Notes: generated from the sequence alone by a model not told the origin. 64,000 nt of DNA from Salpingoeca rosetta (GCA_033442325.1 JAWQFM010000019.1:730315-794314); one strand, 5' to 3'. Counted from the stretch's first letter, positions 20,618-34,666 are shown. Numbers and translations: made by a program.

Positions 20618-22895
20618 TCAGCATTGTGACTTCAACACGCCCACGGCGTGGGCAAAGTCACGTGGCCAGTCCGCACGCACCGTAACCGTCTCCGCTGTTG
20701 CGGGATGCGTGAATGTCATGCTGTCGCAGTGCAGGGCGCATCGCCGCATGCGAACGTGCGACGCAAATTCGTTGTCCAACTGGGAGCATGCGCTTTGCTG
20801 CTGTTGTTGTTCGTGTTGCTGTTGTTGGGCTTGTTGCTGGTGGTCGTGGAGATGGTATCGATCGTCAAACAACAGCGGGTGACCAAGGTGATGGCTGTGC
20901 ACACGGATCTGGTGCGTGCGACCTATGCACCAACGCGGTGATCAAGTGTGTGTCAGTGTTGAGCAAGGGAGGTGAGATTGACGGTGTTACTGAGATGATG
21001 CACCTGCAATGGTGTTCGCACACACACACACACACACACACACACCTGTCCTTGGGCGAAATGTGACGAGGCTTGCGTTCCAATGAGCGCTGGCGTGCAC
21101 GCCTTCATACTCCGTTTCTGACGGCTTGCCGTGTGGCGACACCGTGAACCTTTCGTGTGTGGAGGATGTGATGTGAAGCCAGAGTTATTGGCAAGACGCG
21201 TGAACTCAACGCAGTTATATACACGCGCATACATGAACATCTCCATGCGTGTGTACAACACATGCACACACAAAATGTACTCGCACGCGCAACATACGCA
21301 CGCACGCATGTGCTCACGCATACGAACTTCTGTATTCTGGAGCCCTCTGGGTCCTTTGGTGCGCGGGCGATGGGAGCGGTGATGACGCCTTGACCACGCA
21401 GCTCACCATGCACCAGTGCTGAGTATTGCTTGATGACCTGAAGGGGAGGTTGAGGGTGGGGACTGTGTGGGTTGGCAGAAGACGCATGTGCCATGAAACA
21501 AAGCACGCACACGCGCTCGCAATCGCCTGCATGTATCACACACAGACACACGCACACACACAGACACTCACACACAGACATACAGACACACACACACACA
21601 CAGACACTCAAACACAGACACACACACACACACAGACACTCAAACACAGACACACTCACACAAACAGACACACACGCACAAACACACACACACACACTGC
21701 GCTTACCTGTCTTGACTGGAGGAGAGCGCCCATGCGCCCGGCAATCTTCCGGTCAAGGGCGACGACCAGGACACCGCTGGTGTTGACATCAAGGCGGTGC
21801 ACGAGTCGCGGAACCACATCCAGTGCACCGTCGTTCTGCCGATACCGGTGATGAAGGGCCGCCTGCGAATGGAAGCGCAGGGCGCAGGGTGATGCAGAGT
21901 GTGTGTGGTATGGTGTCTGGGCATTGAGTTGTGTGCTGTGCACTGTGATGGCTCCAGATTATGGTGTTGGAGATGATGGCGCAGGCGTGTGTGGCGATGA
22001 CGATGGTGGTGGTGGGGTCGACGTACCAGGACGTTGTGCAGTTGGTCCGCTCCCTGAGGTTGGACGGGGAGGCCAGGGGGCTTGTTGACACAAACGATGG
22101 CTGAGGTGTGGTCAAGGCACGAACACGGCAAAGTTCAGTGAGTGGCAACGCGGTGGCGGCTCGGCTCGTGCACAGAACAGCTCCAACACGTTGGACGCGC
22201 ATTCTAACAAGAAGGAAGCTCACGGGTGTCAAGGGGCGCACCTTCATCTTCGTAGATGATGTCCAGATCAATGCTGCTTGGATCAGTCGAGGTTACAATA
22301 ACATTGTCTTGAAGCCTGCTGTTGTCCACCAGTACTGCCCGTGGCCCGTCTTGCCTGCACTCGAGCACGCCATTCTAGGGTAAGCGCAACACACACACAC
22401 ACACACACATACACATACACACACATACACACACACACACACGCACGCACGCACACACACACACACACACGCACGCACGCACGCGCATGTAGAAACGCAC
22501 GCTGGTCGTTGCAAGTCCGCCCATGTGAGAGAGTGACCAGATGCTTCGTCTCGGATGCCACCCGAGGCTGCTCGTCGCTTCAGCTCGTCGCCGTCTCGAA
22601 GCCAGGGCGCCGCGCGCAGCACAGCCTGCCATATCGCCTCATCACTGCCACTGCTTCCTGTGTCGCTTCGCTGGGGGATGTGCACCGTCCACACGTGCAC
22701 GGGCTTGCTCAGGTCGCGGTAGCGGCGCGGCCTCGGGGGCTTATAAGACGACGGTGCAGATGAGGAGGGTGACGAGAAGGGTGACGAGGGTGACGAGGAG
22801 GAACGTGTTGGTGCTGCTGATGAGAGTAGGCGAGAGCGGTGGCGAAGCGTTGGGCGTGCAGTGCACACTCGTGTCCGCCAAAACAGCAGCAGCAT
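20618..22895 (-). CDS. RluA-family RNA pseudouridine synthase (RPUSD-like), probably mitochondrial
   Basis: LDIIYEDE / AIVCVNKPPGLPVQP (motif I), LVHRLDVNTSG (catalytic Asp, motif II), KQYSALVHG, RTGRTHQIRVH..LGHP and ALHC..MTFTHP. Arg/Ser-rich N-terminus from ATG 22895. Confidence 0.92.
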
Positions 22896-22937
22896 CTTGC
22901 TGGTTGGTTTGTTGTGTCACACGCGCGTGGTGTGGTG

Positions 22938-22979
<42 letters not shown>

Positions 22980-23233
22980 TGTGTGTGTGTGCAGATCCTG
23001 TCACGCGTTGTGCACCATGCCACACAACTCACGTGCTTCTCTGTGTATTCATTGGGGTTACACCAGCAGAGAAGGTGGTTGTGATATGACATTGGCTATG
23101 AAGGAGGGTAACAAGGTGACCATGAACAGAACAACAATAGGAGAGACCTGGTATCGTAATCACACGCACAAACACCACAACACAAACACAAACACAAACA
23201 CAAACACATATGCGTCGCACAGCAGGGCTGGTA

Positions 23234-26200
23234 TCACGGGTGCCTGCCAGCCGTTGGTCGCGACGACGATGAGGAGGGGGAGGACGAAGCAAACGCCGAT
23301 GCCGACGCCGCCTGCATTGCTGCCGATGTGCTGGCGGCGGATGATGGGCGGCCCGTCGACGACGCGGCGTGCCGGGCGCTGCGACACATCCCAGAGTAGC
23401 TGACGAGGCCTTGCAGCTGCGAAATGAGCTCCGTTGCTGGCCGTCATGAATCGGCGGTCGCAGACGCGCACGGTAGTCGTGGCGGTGATGATGGTGGCGG
23501 TGATTGTGATTGGTGGTGGTGGTGACCGTCATGGTGATGGTGGTGATGGTGAGAGGGTGTGAGTTGACAAGAGGGAAAGGAATCCCAAACAGCACAGCAA
23601 GCAGCCCCGTCTTCTACAAACACACACGCACAACATCATCACGCCCATCACCACACAGCATTGGCGTCATCATGCACCGTGCACGACCGTACCAAGCTCC
23701 TGCTCCTCGGGGCTGGGCGGGATAGGGTGGTTGGCCGCATACGACTTGCGCGCCTTAAGGCAGTCGTCCAGGCACTTGAGCCCGCGCGCAACAAAGTTGA
23801 TCCGGTCTTGCACAGCAGCTGCACCACGCACGCATGCACGTGTGTCAGCGAGTGTCAGCGAGCGAGTGTGTGAGAGTGTGTGTGTGTGTGAATGTGTGGT
23901 TCAGCGTATGAATGTTTGGTTCGGTGTGTGAATGTGTGGTTTGAGAGTGTGAATGTTTGGGTAAGTGTGTGAATGTGTGGTTTGAGAGTGTGAATGCTTG
24001 GTTGAGTGTGTGAATGTGTGGTTCCATGTGCATAAACCATCAACACGTCAACATTGATGTGACTGCGCTCTGCAGACAGATCCCTCCTCCTCCAACCCCC
24101 CCCCCACTCTCGTCTTCACACCTTCGATGACGCCGACGCTCTCCTTGATGATGCCCTCCTTGGTGTACACGGGTCGATCCTCCACCACCTCCGGCTGCCC
24201 CGCCAGCGCACCCAGCGTCACGTGGTTCGCAAAGTGAAACACAAACTTCTCCGCCATATTTACCCGTGGCGAGGACGGTGATGGTGATGATGATGGTGAG
24301 GACGATGGTGATGGCGACGCTTGGCCGTTGTGTTCTGCTTCTTGTCGTGCTGCAACGCTGGTGCTGTCTTCTCGCTGCGAGTCACTGCCGTCCTGTCCCT
24401 GTGCGGCCGATTCCGCTTCGCCTTGATCTTCATCTTCATCTTGATCTTCATCTTCGTCTCTGCCTTTGCCTTCGCCCTCATCTTCGTCCTTGTCCCCCTT
24501 CTCTTCTTCAGTTTCGTCCTTGTGCCCCTTTTCTTGCTGCTCCTCATCTTTGCCTGTCTTCTTCTCTTTCTCCGCTCCTTGCTCCTTGCCCTCTCCCTCC
24601 TGCGTAGCCGTGCCTGCTTCCCGTGTGTCTTGCTTCTCTTCTGCTCCCTTTTCCTCCTTCGTGTCGTCGTCGTCACCGCCAACATCCATCGCGTCTCCCT
24701 TTACTGCTTCATCCTCCTCCTCCTCCTCCTCCACAATCGCCTCCTCCTTCGGCTGCTGCCCTGTCGTTGGCGTGGCTGCTGCTTCCCCTCTGCCTTCATC
24801 GCCACCCTCTGGCTTGCCTTCCGTCTTCCCGCCTTGCTCGTCTTCTTGTTCCGCTCGCGCCTGCAATGCCGCCTCTGCGCCAGGTTCGCTCTCCGATTCC
24901 GTCGCTGTTGCTGCTTCTGCTTCTGTTGCTGTTGTTTCTGTTGCTGCTGTTTCTGTTGCTGTTACTGTTGGTGTCGACGCTGTTGTTGCCGACGCTTCCT
25001 TGTCAGCGTCACCCTCATCTGCAGCTGTGTCCATGGCATCAACACCATCACCATCACCATCATCATCGTCGTCCTTCTCGTCTCCACACTTCTCGTCCTT
25101 CTTGTCTCCGCTCTTCTCGTCCGGCTCCGTCTTTGCTTCCTCCCCCTTTTCCGTCGCATCTGCGCTGCTGCTGTCTTCCCGTCCTTCACTGCCCTTCTCT
25201 TCGCCGTCTTCCTGCGTGTCTGCGGCGTCGCCATTCACATTCGTCGCCTTCGCTTCTTCCTCACCATCAGCACCACCATCTTCCTGATCATCACCACTTT
25301 GCTTGTCACCTGTTGTGGCAGCTTCCTCCTTCTCAGCTTTGGCCTCCACCGCTAACGCTTGCTCGCTGCGCTTATCGTCCTCTTGTCCGGGCGCTGCTTC
25401 CTCTGCCACCTCCCCTTCGCCAGCACCAGCGCCATCACCGCCTTCGTCACCCCCCTCATCCATTGCCTTGGCGTTGTCTTCACCATCGCCTTCCTTGTCC
25501 TCCAGCAACCGTCCCTCCGACTGCTGCCCTTTCTCGCCTTCTCCTGTTTCCTTCTTCTCCTCGTCTGTTTTCTGCTTCTCCTCCGGTCCTTCTTTGTTCC
25601 CTCCTCCCTCCTGCGCTTGTGCTTGTTCCGCCTTCGAAGTGTCAGCATCATCGCCTTCCTTGGACTTCGCGTCCTGGGACGGAGACCCCTGTTTCGATGT
25701 CATCTCACTTACTGCCGCTGCCGCTGCTGCTACAGGGGCTTGTGCTGCTGTTGTCGGCACAGAAGCAGCGCCATTCGCCGATTGCTGCAGCTCTTGACTT
25801 GCTTGTTCCTGCCCGTCTCCATGGTGTTGTTGTTGCTGTACGCTCGCTTCCTTCGTCGATTTCTCTCCCTCTTCCTCATCCGTCTGCATCTGTGACGGCA
25901 TCGTCACTGCCGCATCCTTCGTTTCACCACCGTCACCTCCCTCGGTTGTGTCCTGCACATGCACCTTGTCTTGCTCCTTTCCCTTCTCCTTCTCTTGCTT
26001 CTTTCCCTTCTGCTCCTGTTGCTCTTTTGCCTTCTCCTTTGCCTTGCCGTTGTCCTTGTGCTTCTCTTGTTGCTTCTCCTTCGCCTTCTCGTCCGCGCGT
26101 CCCAGCAGCGCATCCGGCAGCTTGCCCCGAACGCTCAGAAACTGAAACAGACTCGCACAGTACTCCCGCGTGCCTGGCGTGATGCTTGCAGGCAGTTCTG

Positions 26201-27914
26201 ACGGCACCGGCGGCGTTGGTGCGAGCGTGTGGTTCAGCGCAATTGGCGACGAGCCGAGCACATGCACGCACGACCCGTACTCCGGCGATGCCATCATCCG
26301 CTCCCCGACTGGCAGACAACATAGCATGGTATGTGTGAGTGTATGTGTGCATGAGTGTGTGTGTGTGTGTGTATGTGCATGAGCGTGAGAGAGAGAGAGC
26401 GTGTGTGTGTGCATGAGCGTGTGTGTGTCTGGTGGTGCGACGAGAAATACCAGTCAGCAGAGGATAAAAGCGGCGACAATCGCACCGCATCACAATCAAC
26501 ACCACTATCACTGTCGCCGCCGCCGCCGCTGTTGCAACTCACTGTTGCCCTGGCTGCGGTCTGGCCGCGATCCCGCCGTGTATGTCGAGCGCGGCATTCG
26601 AAGCGTCGGCCGCGCACCTGGTGGTGGTGGTGGTCATGGGTGATGGTGGTGGTTACAGTGATGATGGTGGTGATGGTGAGCTGTTGTGTGAGATGTAATG
26701 ACTGGGTGTGGAAGAAGAGTGCGTGGTGAAACGTAACGGTTTGCAGCATGCAGGCAACATCCAGCAGCGTTGCTAAAATAAAACATCCCCCTGCAGAACA
26801 ATCTTGTTGTTGTTTTTTGTTTTTCTTTGTTTTGCTTCATGTCCTCACCGTAGTCTCGCTCCAGTCCCGTGAGGCAGTGGTAGACGCAACCGTCGCTGTC
26901 AAGCGTCACGTACCCAAGCGACGTCCGCTTTCTGCAAAGAAACAAATGACCAAGGGGAGAAGATGAGGGTGTGTGTGAGAGTGTGTGTGTGACAAGTGCA
27001 ACAAGAGTCGTGTGAACGGCAGATACACACGCACACACACGCCGCACACACGCCGCACACACGCACACGCACACGCACACCACGTCCGCACCTGCGAGCT
27101 TTGAGGTTCTTGGCGGCGCGTTTTGCTGCGCGTTCGGCGGCGGGCAATATGACGGGCAGCTGCGGCTGCTGTTGCTGCTGTTCCTGCTGCTTCACCTTTG
27201 GCTTCCTGCCCTTCTTTTTCCCCCCGCGCCCGTCTGGCCCCGGCGTCACAGCAGCCGTGCCAGCCTTCTTCTTCTTCTTCGCCGACGCCGCTGACGACGA
27301 CAACGGCGATGTTCCGGTGCCGGTCGACGCGTGCAGCGGTGTGGACGCACCCGATGCAGCGAGCGACGGCAAAAACGGCACGGGCCCACCCACAACGCGT
27401 GACCCGCCCTCGCCGCTTGCAGGGCTGGCCGGCGTGGCAGGCGACACAGCAGCGACGCCGGCACCTTTGCTTTTCGCGCCTTTTCCGTGCTGCGGGCTTG
27501 CCTTGGGCTTCTTCTTCACGGGAAGGCCCTCTGACGCGCGCTTGAGGCGCTTGGAGAGCTCGCGGTGGAAGCGTTCAATTTCCCGCGCGATTGTCTTCGT
27601 GCCGTACTTTTGCACACGTCGGCCCTCCTGATACACAAACGTGTCGGGCGCGTTGTAGGTGAAGCAGTTCTTCATCATCAGGTCAAAGTCGGCCTTGTAG
27701 TCGCGCAGGGACTTGTATTGGCCCTTGTCGATCTTTTCCTGCATGGTGCTCATGTCCATCGGCTTGGCGATGATGGTGCTGTACATGGGCGCAATGTCAT
27801 CCGTCACCGGGTTGGCAAACAGCATGTTCACATCGCGCCTGTCAAGTGGTGTGTGTGTGTGTGTGTGTGTGTGTGTGCACGTGTGTGTGTGTGTGTGTGT
27901 GCACGTGTGTTCGG

Positions 27915-27946
<32 letters not shown>

Positions 27947-28581
27947 ACGTGTGTTCGGGTGTGTGTGTGTGTGTGTGTGTGCGTTTGGGTGGTGAGGAAA
28001 GGTCGAAGAATGGGACGGCAGACCAAGAACACGAGGGCAAAGGCAGGAAAGCTCAAGCACAGTGTCGACAACAGCGACAGGAACATCAACGAGCTCCACA
28101 GTGGCAACGGAAGCAAGTGCGTAAGACTCAACCCATTTCCCCTACGCCATGTCACACCGCACAGCTAGTGCACGCACTCACTCTGCAATCATGGTTTGCA
28201 GCTTGTTGGCGCACTCCTTGAGCAAGTCCTGTCGAATTTCTAAGTTATACCAGTCCCAACGCGCGTTCGCGACAAGGGTTAGGTCAGCGACAAGGCATGT
28301 CAGCCGTTTGCATGAGCATAATGGCGTGCATGCACGCTCAACCACAGCTGCACTCAAAAGCAGTACGTGCGTGTGGTGCCATACCTGCTTCTTGTTCCTT
28401 TGTCACGTCGATTGGCCCCACCTTTCGTTTCTGTCGAGCATACGAACCCGTGAAAGGCACGGATGAGCACAGAGTGGCTGGGTGACGCACACATACATGG
28501 GTGGAGTTGTGGCATGGGACACAACAACACGACACAAAACCTTACCGGCGTGGGAGCCGCGCTCCCTTTCTTGGACGCCAT
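23234..28581 (-). CDS. BRD9: BRD7/BRD9-like bromodomain protein with a long acidic low-complexity region
   Basis: Phase-consistent 5' exons [12 protein letters not shown] / [15 protein letters not shown] / [14 protein letters not shown]. Bromodomain [63 protein letters not shown] resembles BRD7/9 (PVTD.IAP.YS.II..PMD..TM..KI...YKS...KADF.LM..N..TYN.PDT). ~2.2 kb acidic exon, then a C-terminal helix with [11 protein letters not shown]7 versus BRD9 cannot be resolved. Confidence 0.8.
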
Positions 28582-28805
28582 CCTGTGTTCCACTTCTTGT
28601 GTAACGGCCACAAACAAACAAGCGCAAGCGTGAAAAGAGTGTGGCTTCATGTGTGTGTGTGTGTGTGTCTGTGCACATGTGTGTGCATGTGTGTGTGTGT
28701 GTGTGCGCGCGGTGTTCCCACAGTGCCACCACACGTTGCTTTGAATGCTGAGCGGCCCGGCCCGGACAAGGCAAACAAAGGAAAGAAGGAAGCAAGCATC
28801 AGGCA

Positions 28806-28852
<47 letters not shown>

Positions 28853-29221
28853 AGTACCTTCGCTCGCGCCTTCCACACCAACGAACGAACAGCCCGTTGC
28901 GGTTGATGAAAATTGGCTGAAACTATACATAGATATCGTATGAGTCAGCAAGCAAGAGGAAGAAGCAACAAGCAACAAGCGAAGAGTTGGTGGTGTGCTT
29001 TTCTTGCTTGGCGTTGGAGGAAGGTGCACGCACACACATCAGTCGCTCGCATCATACATCACCAACAACCAACAACCACGATTGCTTGCTACTCTCTCCA
29101 CCTCTCATCCCGAAGCCGCTGAGTTCATTCCTCACCAAGAAACACGGCACAACTGGAGACGACGACGTATAAGGGACAGAGTGTGCAAGTACACGACACG
29201 CACCAAACCCATCGATCAACC

Positions 29222-29354
29222 ATGAGCGGGACTGAGCAGGTGGCACGGCCCCAGTTTGTTTCAAACTTGAGTGGCCATCATCGCGGAGCGGTGGCAGACG
29301 CCATTTTTGTTCCAGAAGCCGGCGCAGTAATCACCGCCTCAGCTGACAAGTAAG

Positions 29355-29437
<83 letters not shown>

Positions 29438-29557
29438 GATGCAGGCCTGTTGTCTGGGTCTCTCACTTATTCTGTGTGTGGCTGATGCTTGGCGGTTTGC
29501 TCGCTGTGTGATCTTCATGCACGCGTGCACATTCACCACGTCTCCGTGACGTTACGA

Positions 29558-29649
<92 letters not shown>

Positions 29650-30198
29650 CCTTGCAGGCAGGTGTTGGTGTGGCTGAAGCGTGATGACAGCACCTACTGG
29701 CCGTCCCTTCACCGGCTCATGCCAGCGCCAGTGACCCATCTCTGCTTTCACGAACCCTCGCGCACCCTCTTCGTCGGCCTCGAGAACGGTGCCATCTCGG
29801 TGCGTGCGCGCTTTGCGTCCTACCTTGGAGTGTGATGTTTGGATGTCGTGTTGGGTGTCGTGTGTGCTTTACTCTGCGTGTGTTTGGGGAGGGGGATTGC
29901 CTTGTTTATGTTAGGTTGCATGTTGTGTGTGTGTGTGGTTAGTACGTCTGTCTGTGAGCCTCAGTCTGGCTGACTTGTGCCTGCTGTTGACCACCCGTCG
30001 TGCTTTCTTGCCCTTGTCAGGAGTATGAGGTGTCTGCAGACTACAACATCTTGACCGCTACAAAAGGATACCCAGGTGAGGCTGTGTGTGTGTGTGTGTG
30101 TGCGTGTGTGTGTGCTGTTTTGGCTGCAGCACTCGATGCATGCTGGTCTCACGTTTTCCCCGCCTGTCCCGCTTGTTTCCTTGCTGCTGCCACCTCCT

Positions 30199-30245
<47 letters not shown>

Positions 30246-32312
30246 GCACTCTCTCACTTACTCACACGCACAACACACGCACCCACGCACACCAGCGCAC
30301 TCTGGAGCGGTGACGGGCATCGCATATGATGCGCAGCGGCAGCAGCTCGTGTCGTGTGGGCGCGACAAGACCGTCACTGTCTCCACCACGGCCGGCAACG
30401 GCAAGCGGCTGGCGTGCGTCTCCCTGCCGTCGTCGTGCATGTGTCTGCAGTATGACGAGAAGAGCCAGACCACGTTCATTGGCGACTTTAGCGGTGATCT
30501 GTACGTGTATCGCCTCGAAAACAGCAAACTGCAGATGGTCGCCGGCCCGCTCAAGGGCCACACAGGTGTGTGCGTGCGTGTGTGTGTGTATGTGTATTTG
30601 CGTGTGCGCACGTCTGTGTGATTGTGTGTGTGTGTGTGTCATCACCTGCCCCACCTCATCACCTGACTCCACTGACCTGCTTCCCCGTGGTTCCTTCACA
30701 ACACCTAACACGTACCCCTTGTACCAACACACACGCACACGCGCGAAGGCTCTGTGCGTGCGCTGTCGTGGGCTGCGCAGAAGAAGTGGCTGTTCTCGGG
30801 CTCCTTTGACCAGACGGTGATTCTGTGGGACATTGGCGGTCAGAAGGGCGAACGCATCGAGCTCAGATGCCACACGTGAGAACTAATGTTGTGTGTGTGT
30901 GTGTGTGTGTGTGTGTCTGTGTCTGTGTCTGTGTCTGTGTCTATTCTGTTGTTGGCCACAATCATCCATCACCTCTTCCTCTCACCCCGCCACCACCACC
31001 ATCCCTGCCACTTCCTCACCACCACCACCGCCGCCACCACGTCTGTCGTCACCGCTGCGACCAGGTCGCGAATCAGCACGCTGGTGCACCTCCCCGAGGA
31101 GCAGACGCTGCTGTCGCTCGGAACAGACGGGCTCCTCGTCATATGGGACCTCAAGACACAGCGCACACCGGTACACACAAACGCATGCACACGTACTTGC
31201 CGTGCTGACTCACGTGTACTGGTCTGCTATTGGGCTTCTCCAGTTCTCCCTCTCCACCTCATGTTCAATTCGCGCATTGCACCCATCCACCCATCTATCC
31301 GTCCATTGCACCCATCCACCCATCTATCCGTCCATTGCACCCATCACCTCCACCAGTGTCCCGATTGGGAGGAGAGTGACACGTGCCAGCTGTGCGAGCT
31401 GCCGTTCTTCTGGAACGTCAAGAAGATGTGGGAGAACAGGAGCGTCAGTGTCCGTCGCCAGCACCACTGCAGAATCTGCGGGTGCGTTCTGCCTCTGGCT
31501 GGCACGTTGGTGGGGGGGGGAGTGTGTCTGTGTGTGGGCGTGAGTGTGGGTGGCTGTGTGTGGGTGTGTGTGTCTGTGTGTCTGTGTGTATGTGCCTGTG
31601 TGTCTGTCTGCCTGTCTGTATGCCTGTCTGTCTGTCTGTATCCATGTCTCTGTGTCCGTCTGCTTGGCTACAACACAGCCGCGCAGTTGCTGCTGTTCAA
31701 GCGACTCACCCACCAACCTTCCCCTTACTCTCCACCCCGCCTTACCTGCCTCTGCAGCAAGGCTGTGTGCGACGAGTGCTCGCTCACGCGCTGCACATAT
31801 CCGATCATGGGCTTTGAGACGCCTACGCGCGTGTGCAATGCATGCAAGGAGGACGTTATGAAGGCAGAGTACGCTGATGGGGATGGTGTTGGCGTGTCTG
31901 TTGTTGGTGCTGGCTGCTCGCTGTAGATATTGCTGTGATGGCTGTGGTATTGCTTGGTTGTCCCTTGTTGCAGGTACCATGTCGCGTGCATTAAATAGGC
32001 AACATCACTTACTGCTCACGCCGTCTCCACCACCACCACCACCACCACCACCAGCCGCACCCCCTTGGCCAAGCGCTTCCCGTCGATTGCGGCCGCTGCC
32101 CGCGCGCGCGTGGAGACGAAGACCAACACGCTTGTCATTTCCTGTGACGACGGCAGCGTCAAGGTCTGCACCCGGGATGGTGGTGGAGGTGCTGTTGGTG
32201 ATGGGGAAGGGGTTGAGACGGTGGACACGATTTCGTGCGTCTGTGCGTCTGTGTGTGTCTGTGTGTCTGTGTGTCTGTGTGTGTCTGTGTGTCTGTGTGT
32301 CTGTGTCTGTGT

Positions 32313-32371
<59 letters not shown>

Positions 32372-32697
32372 TCCCCCCTCCCGGTCATCATCTCACGCTG
32401 CTACCCCTTACCCATCACACCAACCCACCACCACCCCACCACCCCCAAAAAAAAAAAATCAGCTCATGGACCTGACGCCAGTGCTGCACCCCGATGCCCG
32501 CGGCCTCGCGTCCTCCGACAGCCCCTCCTCCCACCATCACCACCATCGCCAACAGCACGCGTCGCTGGACGAGGTTGCGCAGCAGCAGCGCGCCCCACCA
32601 ACAGGGGCCGCGCTCACGAGTGTCGTCGATCTGACGAAGCGCCCGGACAGCGACGATGATGACGACGACGGCACTGGTGCGTTGCGTTTGTGTGTTG

Positions 32698-32744
<47 letters not shown>

Positions 32745-32781
32745 GGTGAGTGCGTTTGTGTTGGTGAGTGTGTGTCTGTGT

Positions 32782-32825
<44 letters not shown>

Positions 32826-33129
32826 GGTGAGTGTCTGTTAGTGAGTGTGTCTGTGTTGGTGAGTGTCTGTTAGTGAGTGTGTTTGTGTGCGTGCGTGTGT
32901 GTATCTGTCTGCCTCTGTGTGTGCGTGTGTGCCCCTGTCTGCCTCTGTCTGCCCCCTTTCTGCCTCTGTATGCGTGTGTGTGTGCGTGTGTGCACCCCTG
33001 CCAGCACCCAATCCACTTCGCGCCTCACTGCACGTATGTCTCTCGTTATCATTCCCCTTCTTGTTATCAGACTTCTTTTCGCGCATGGACGAGGCCGAAG
33101 ACGACGACCAGTTTACAAAAGCGGCATGA
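29222..33129 (+). CDS. WDFY2: WD-repeat and FYVE domain protein WDFY1/2 orthologue, 11 exons
   Basis: [61 protein letters not shown], then [46 protein letters not shown]...[15 protein letters not shown]. These are diagnostic WDFY1/2 motifs. Confidence 0.95.
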
Positions 33130-33522
33130 TGCAATCCCACGCACACACATGCACATTCACACATACACACACACACACAACGCCCGTTGTCTTTCTGTAC
33201 ACACAATGTATACGCCCCCCCCTCCCCTTTCTCTCTCTTTCTCTTGCCGTCATGCCCTTGCCTTGTTTGATTGCATCTGCATGTGTCACGCGTGCGCGAT
33301 TGCGTGCCATCACTGCTTGTCTCGCTTCTTGTGTACATTTCGTGCTGGTGCTGTTGGTGTCAGAATGCGTCATGCCACCATCATTGCTTTGCTCATTCGT
33401 TTAGTGGATGCGTTTGACAACGAACCAACACTTGTCTCGCCAACGCACGCAACAACCATGACGTGTGTGTGCGTGTATGCGAGTGTGTATGCGAGTGTGT
33501 GTGTGCGTGTGCGTGTGTGCAC

Positions 33523-34631
33523 TTAGCGGGTGAGCGCGGCTGCGTGGTGTTTGATGTGCTGCTCAATGAACGACGCAATGAAGTAGTAGCTGCAATTGGA
33601 AACCCATATGTGAAGAAGAGATGAGAAAAGGATTCAGTGGAAAGCAAGCAAGGCATTTTTGACAAATGGGTACACACACACACACACACACGCACACACA
33701 CACACCTGTGGTCGTATCCCTCGTGCATCTCCAGCCGGATGTTCTTGTGCTTTGGCAGCGACGACGGGCGCAGCTGCGACTCGAGAAACTCGTCAGCCAG
33801 ACCCTGATGATCATGGTGATGGTGGATTGGTGAGGGATGAAGATGACGCGAGACAGTGAGGAAATCAAGATGTGTGTCTGTGTGTGTGTGTGTGTGTGTC
33901 TGTGTGTGTGTGTGTCTGTGTATGTGCGTGACCATCCATCTCTCTCAGTACACGTGTGAAACAATGCCAGCAACAACGACGAAAGCGCCACAAGCGACTA
34001 CGAAGAAACGTACTACAGTATGTACCACCATCATCTTCAACGCCATCATTGGACCAACAGGCCACATCCACAACGTCGCGCTCACCTGTGAAATGAGTAT
34101 TTCTGGCAGAGCGTCCAAGTCCGTCTGCGAGAGAAGCATGCATGGATCCCACGCCTGCACACACACGCACACACACGCACGCACAAGGGAGTGAGAAACA
34201 GGGTAAATGCCCTCATCTATGGTCGCACAACAACGCTTAAACAACAAGCACAAACACTGGAACGCAAATCCATCACACATACACACAACACCGCATAAAC
34301 AAATAAACAAACAAACAAACAAACAAACAAACACGCGCAACAAACCAACCAAGCCCCGACAACACACGCATTCCGGGCAAACGCACCTGCCACGTTGCCT
34401 CGTCGTCACCGAGGTAGCCACGGAACGCCTTCTGGCCCCAGGCGCAATTGATCGGATTGCAGATGGGAGAGAAAGCGGACACGGTCTTGTACTGCGTTGG
34501 GTTCTTCAGGTACAGGTTGAGGGCACCAAGACCACTGTTTGTGGACGTGGAGCATTGTGGAATGGTGATGGTGGTGGTGGTGGTGGTGATGGTGGTGGTG
34601 ATGATGGTGGTGGTGATGATGATGGTGATGG

Positions 34632-34666
<35 letters not shown>

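Noticed and set aside
24260-26182. Long antisense and alternate-frame ORFs (up to 519 aa) over the BRD9 exon
   Set aside because: Shadow ORFs of a low-complexity, GC-rich coding exon.
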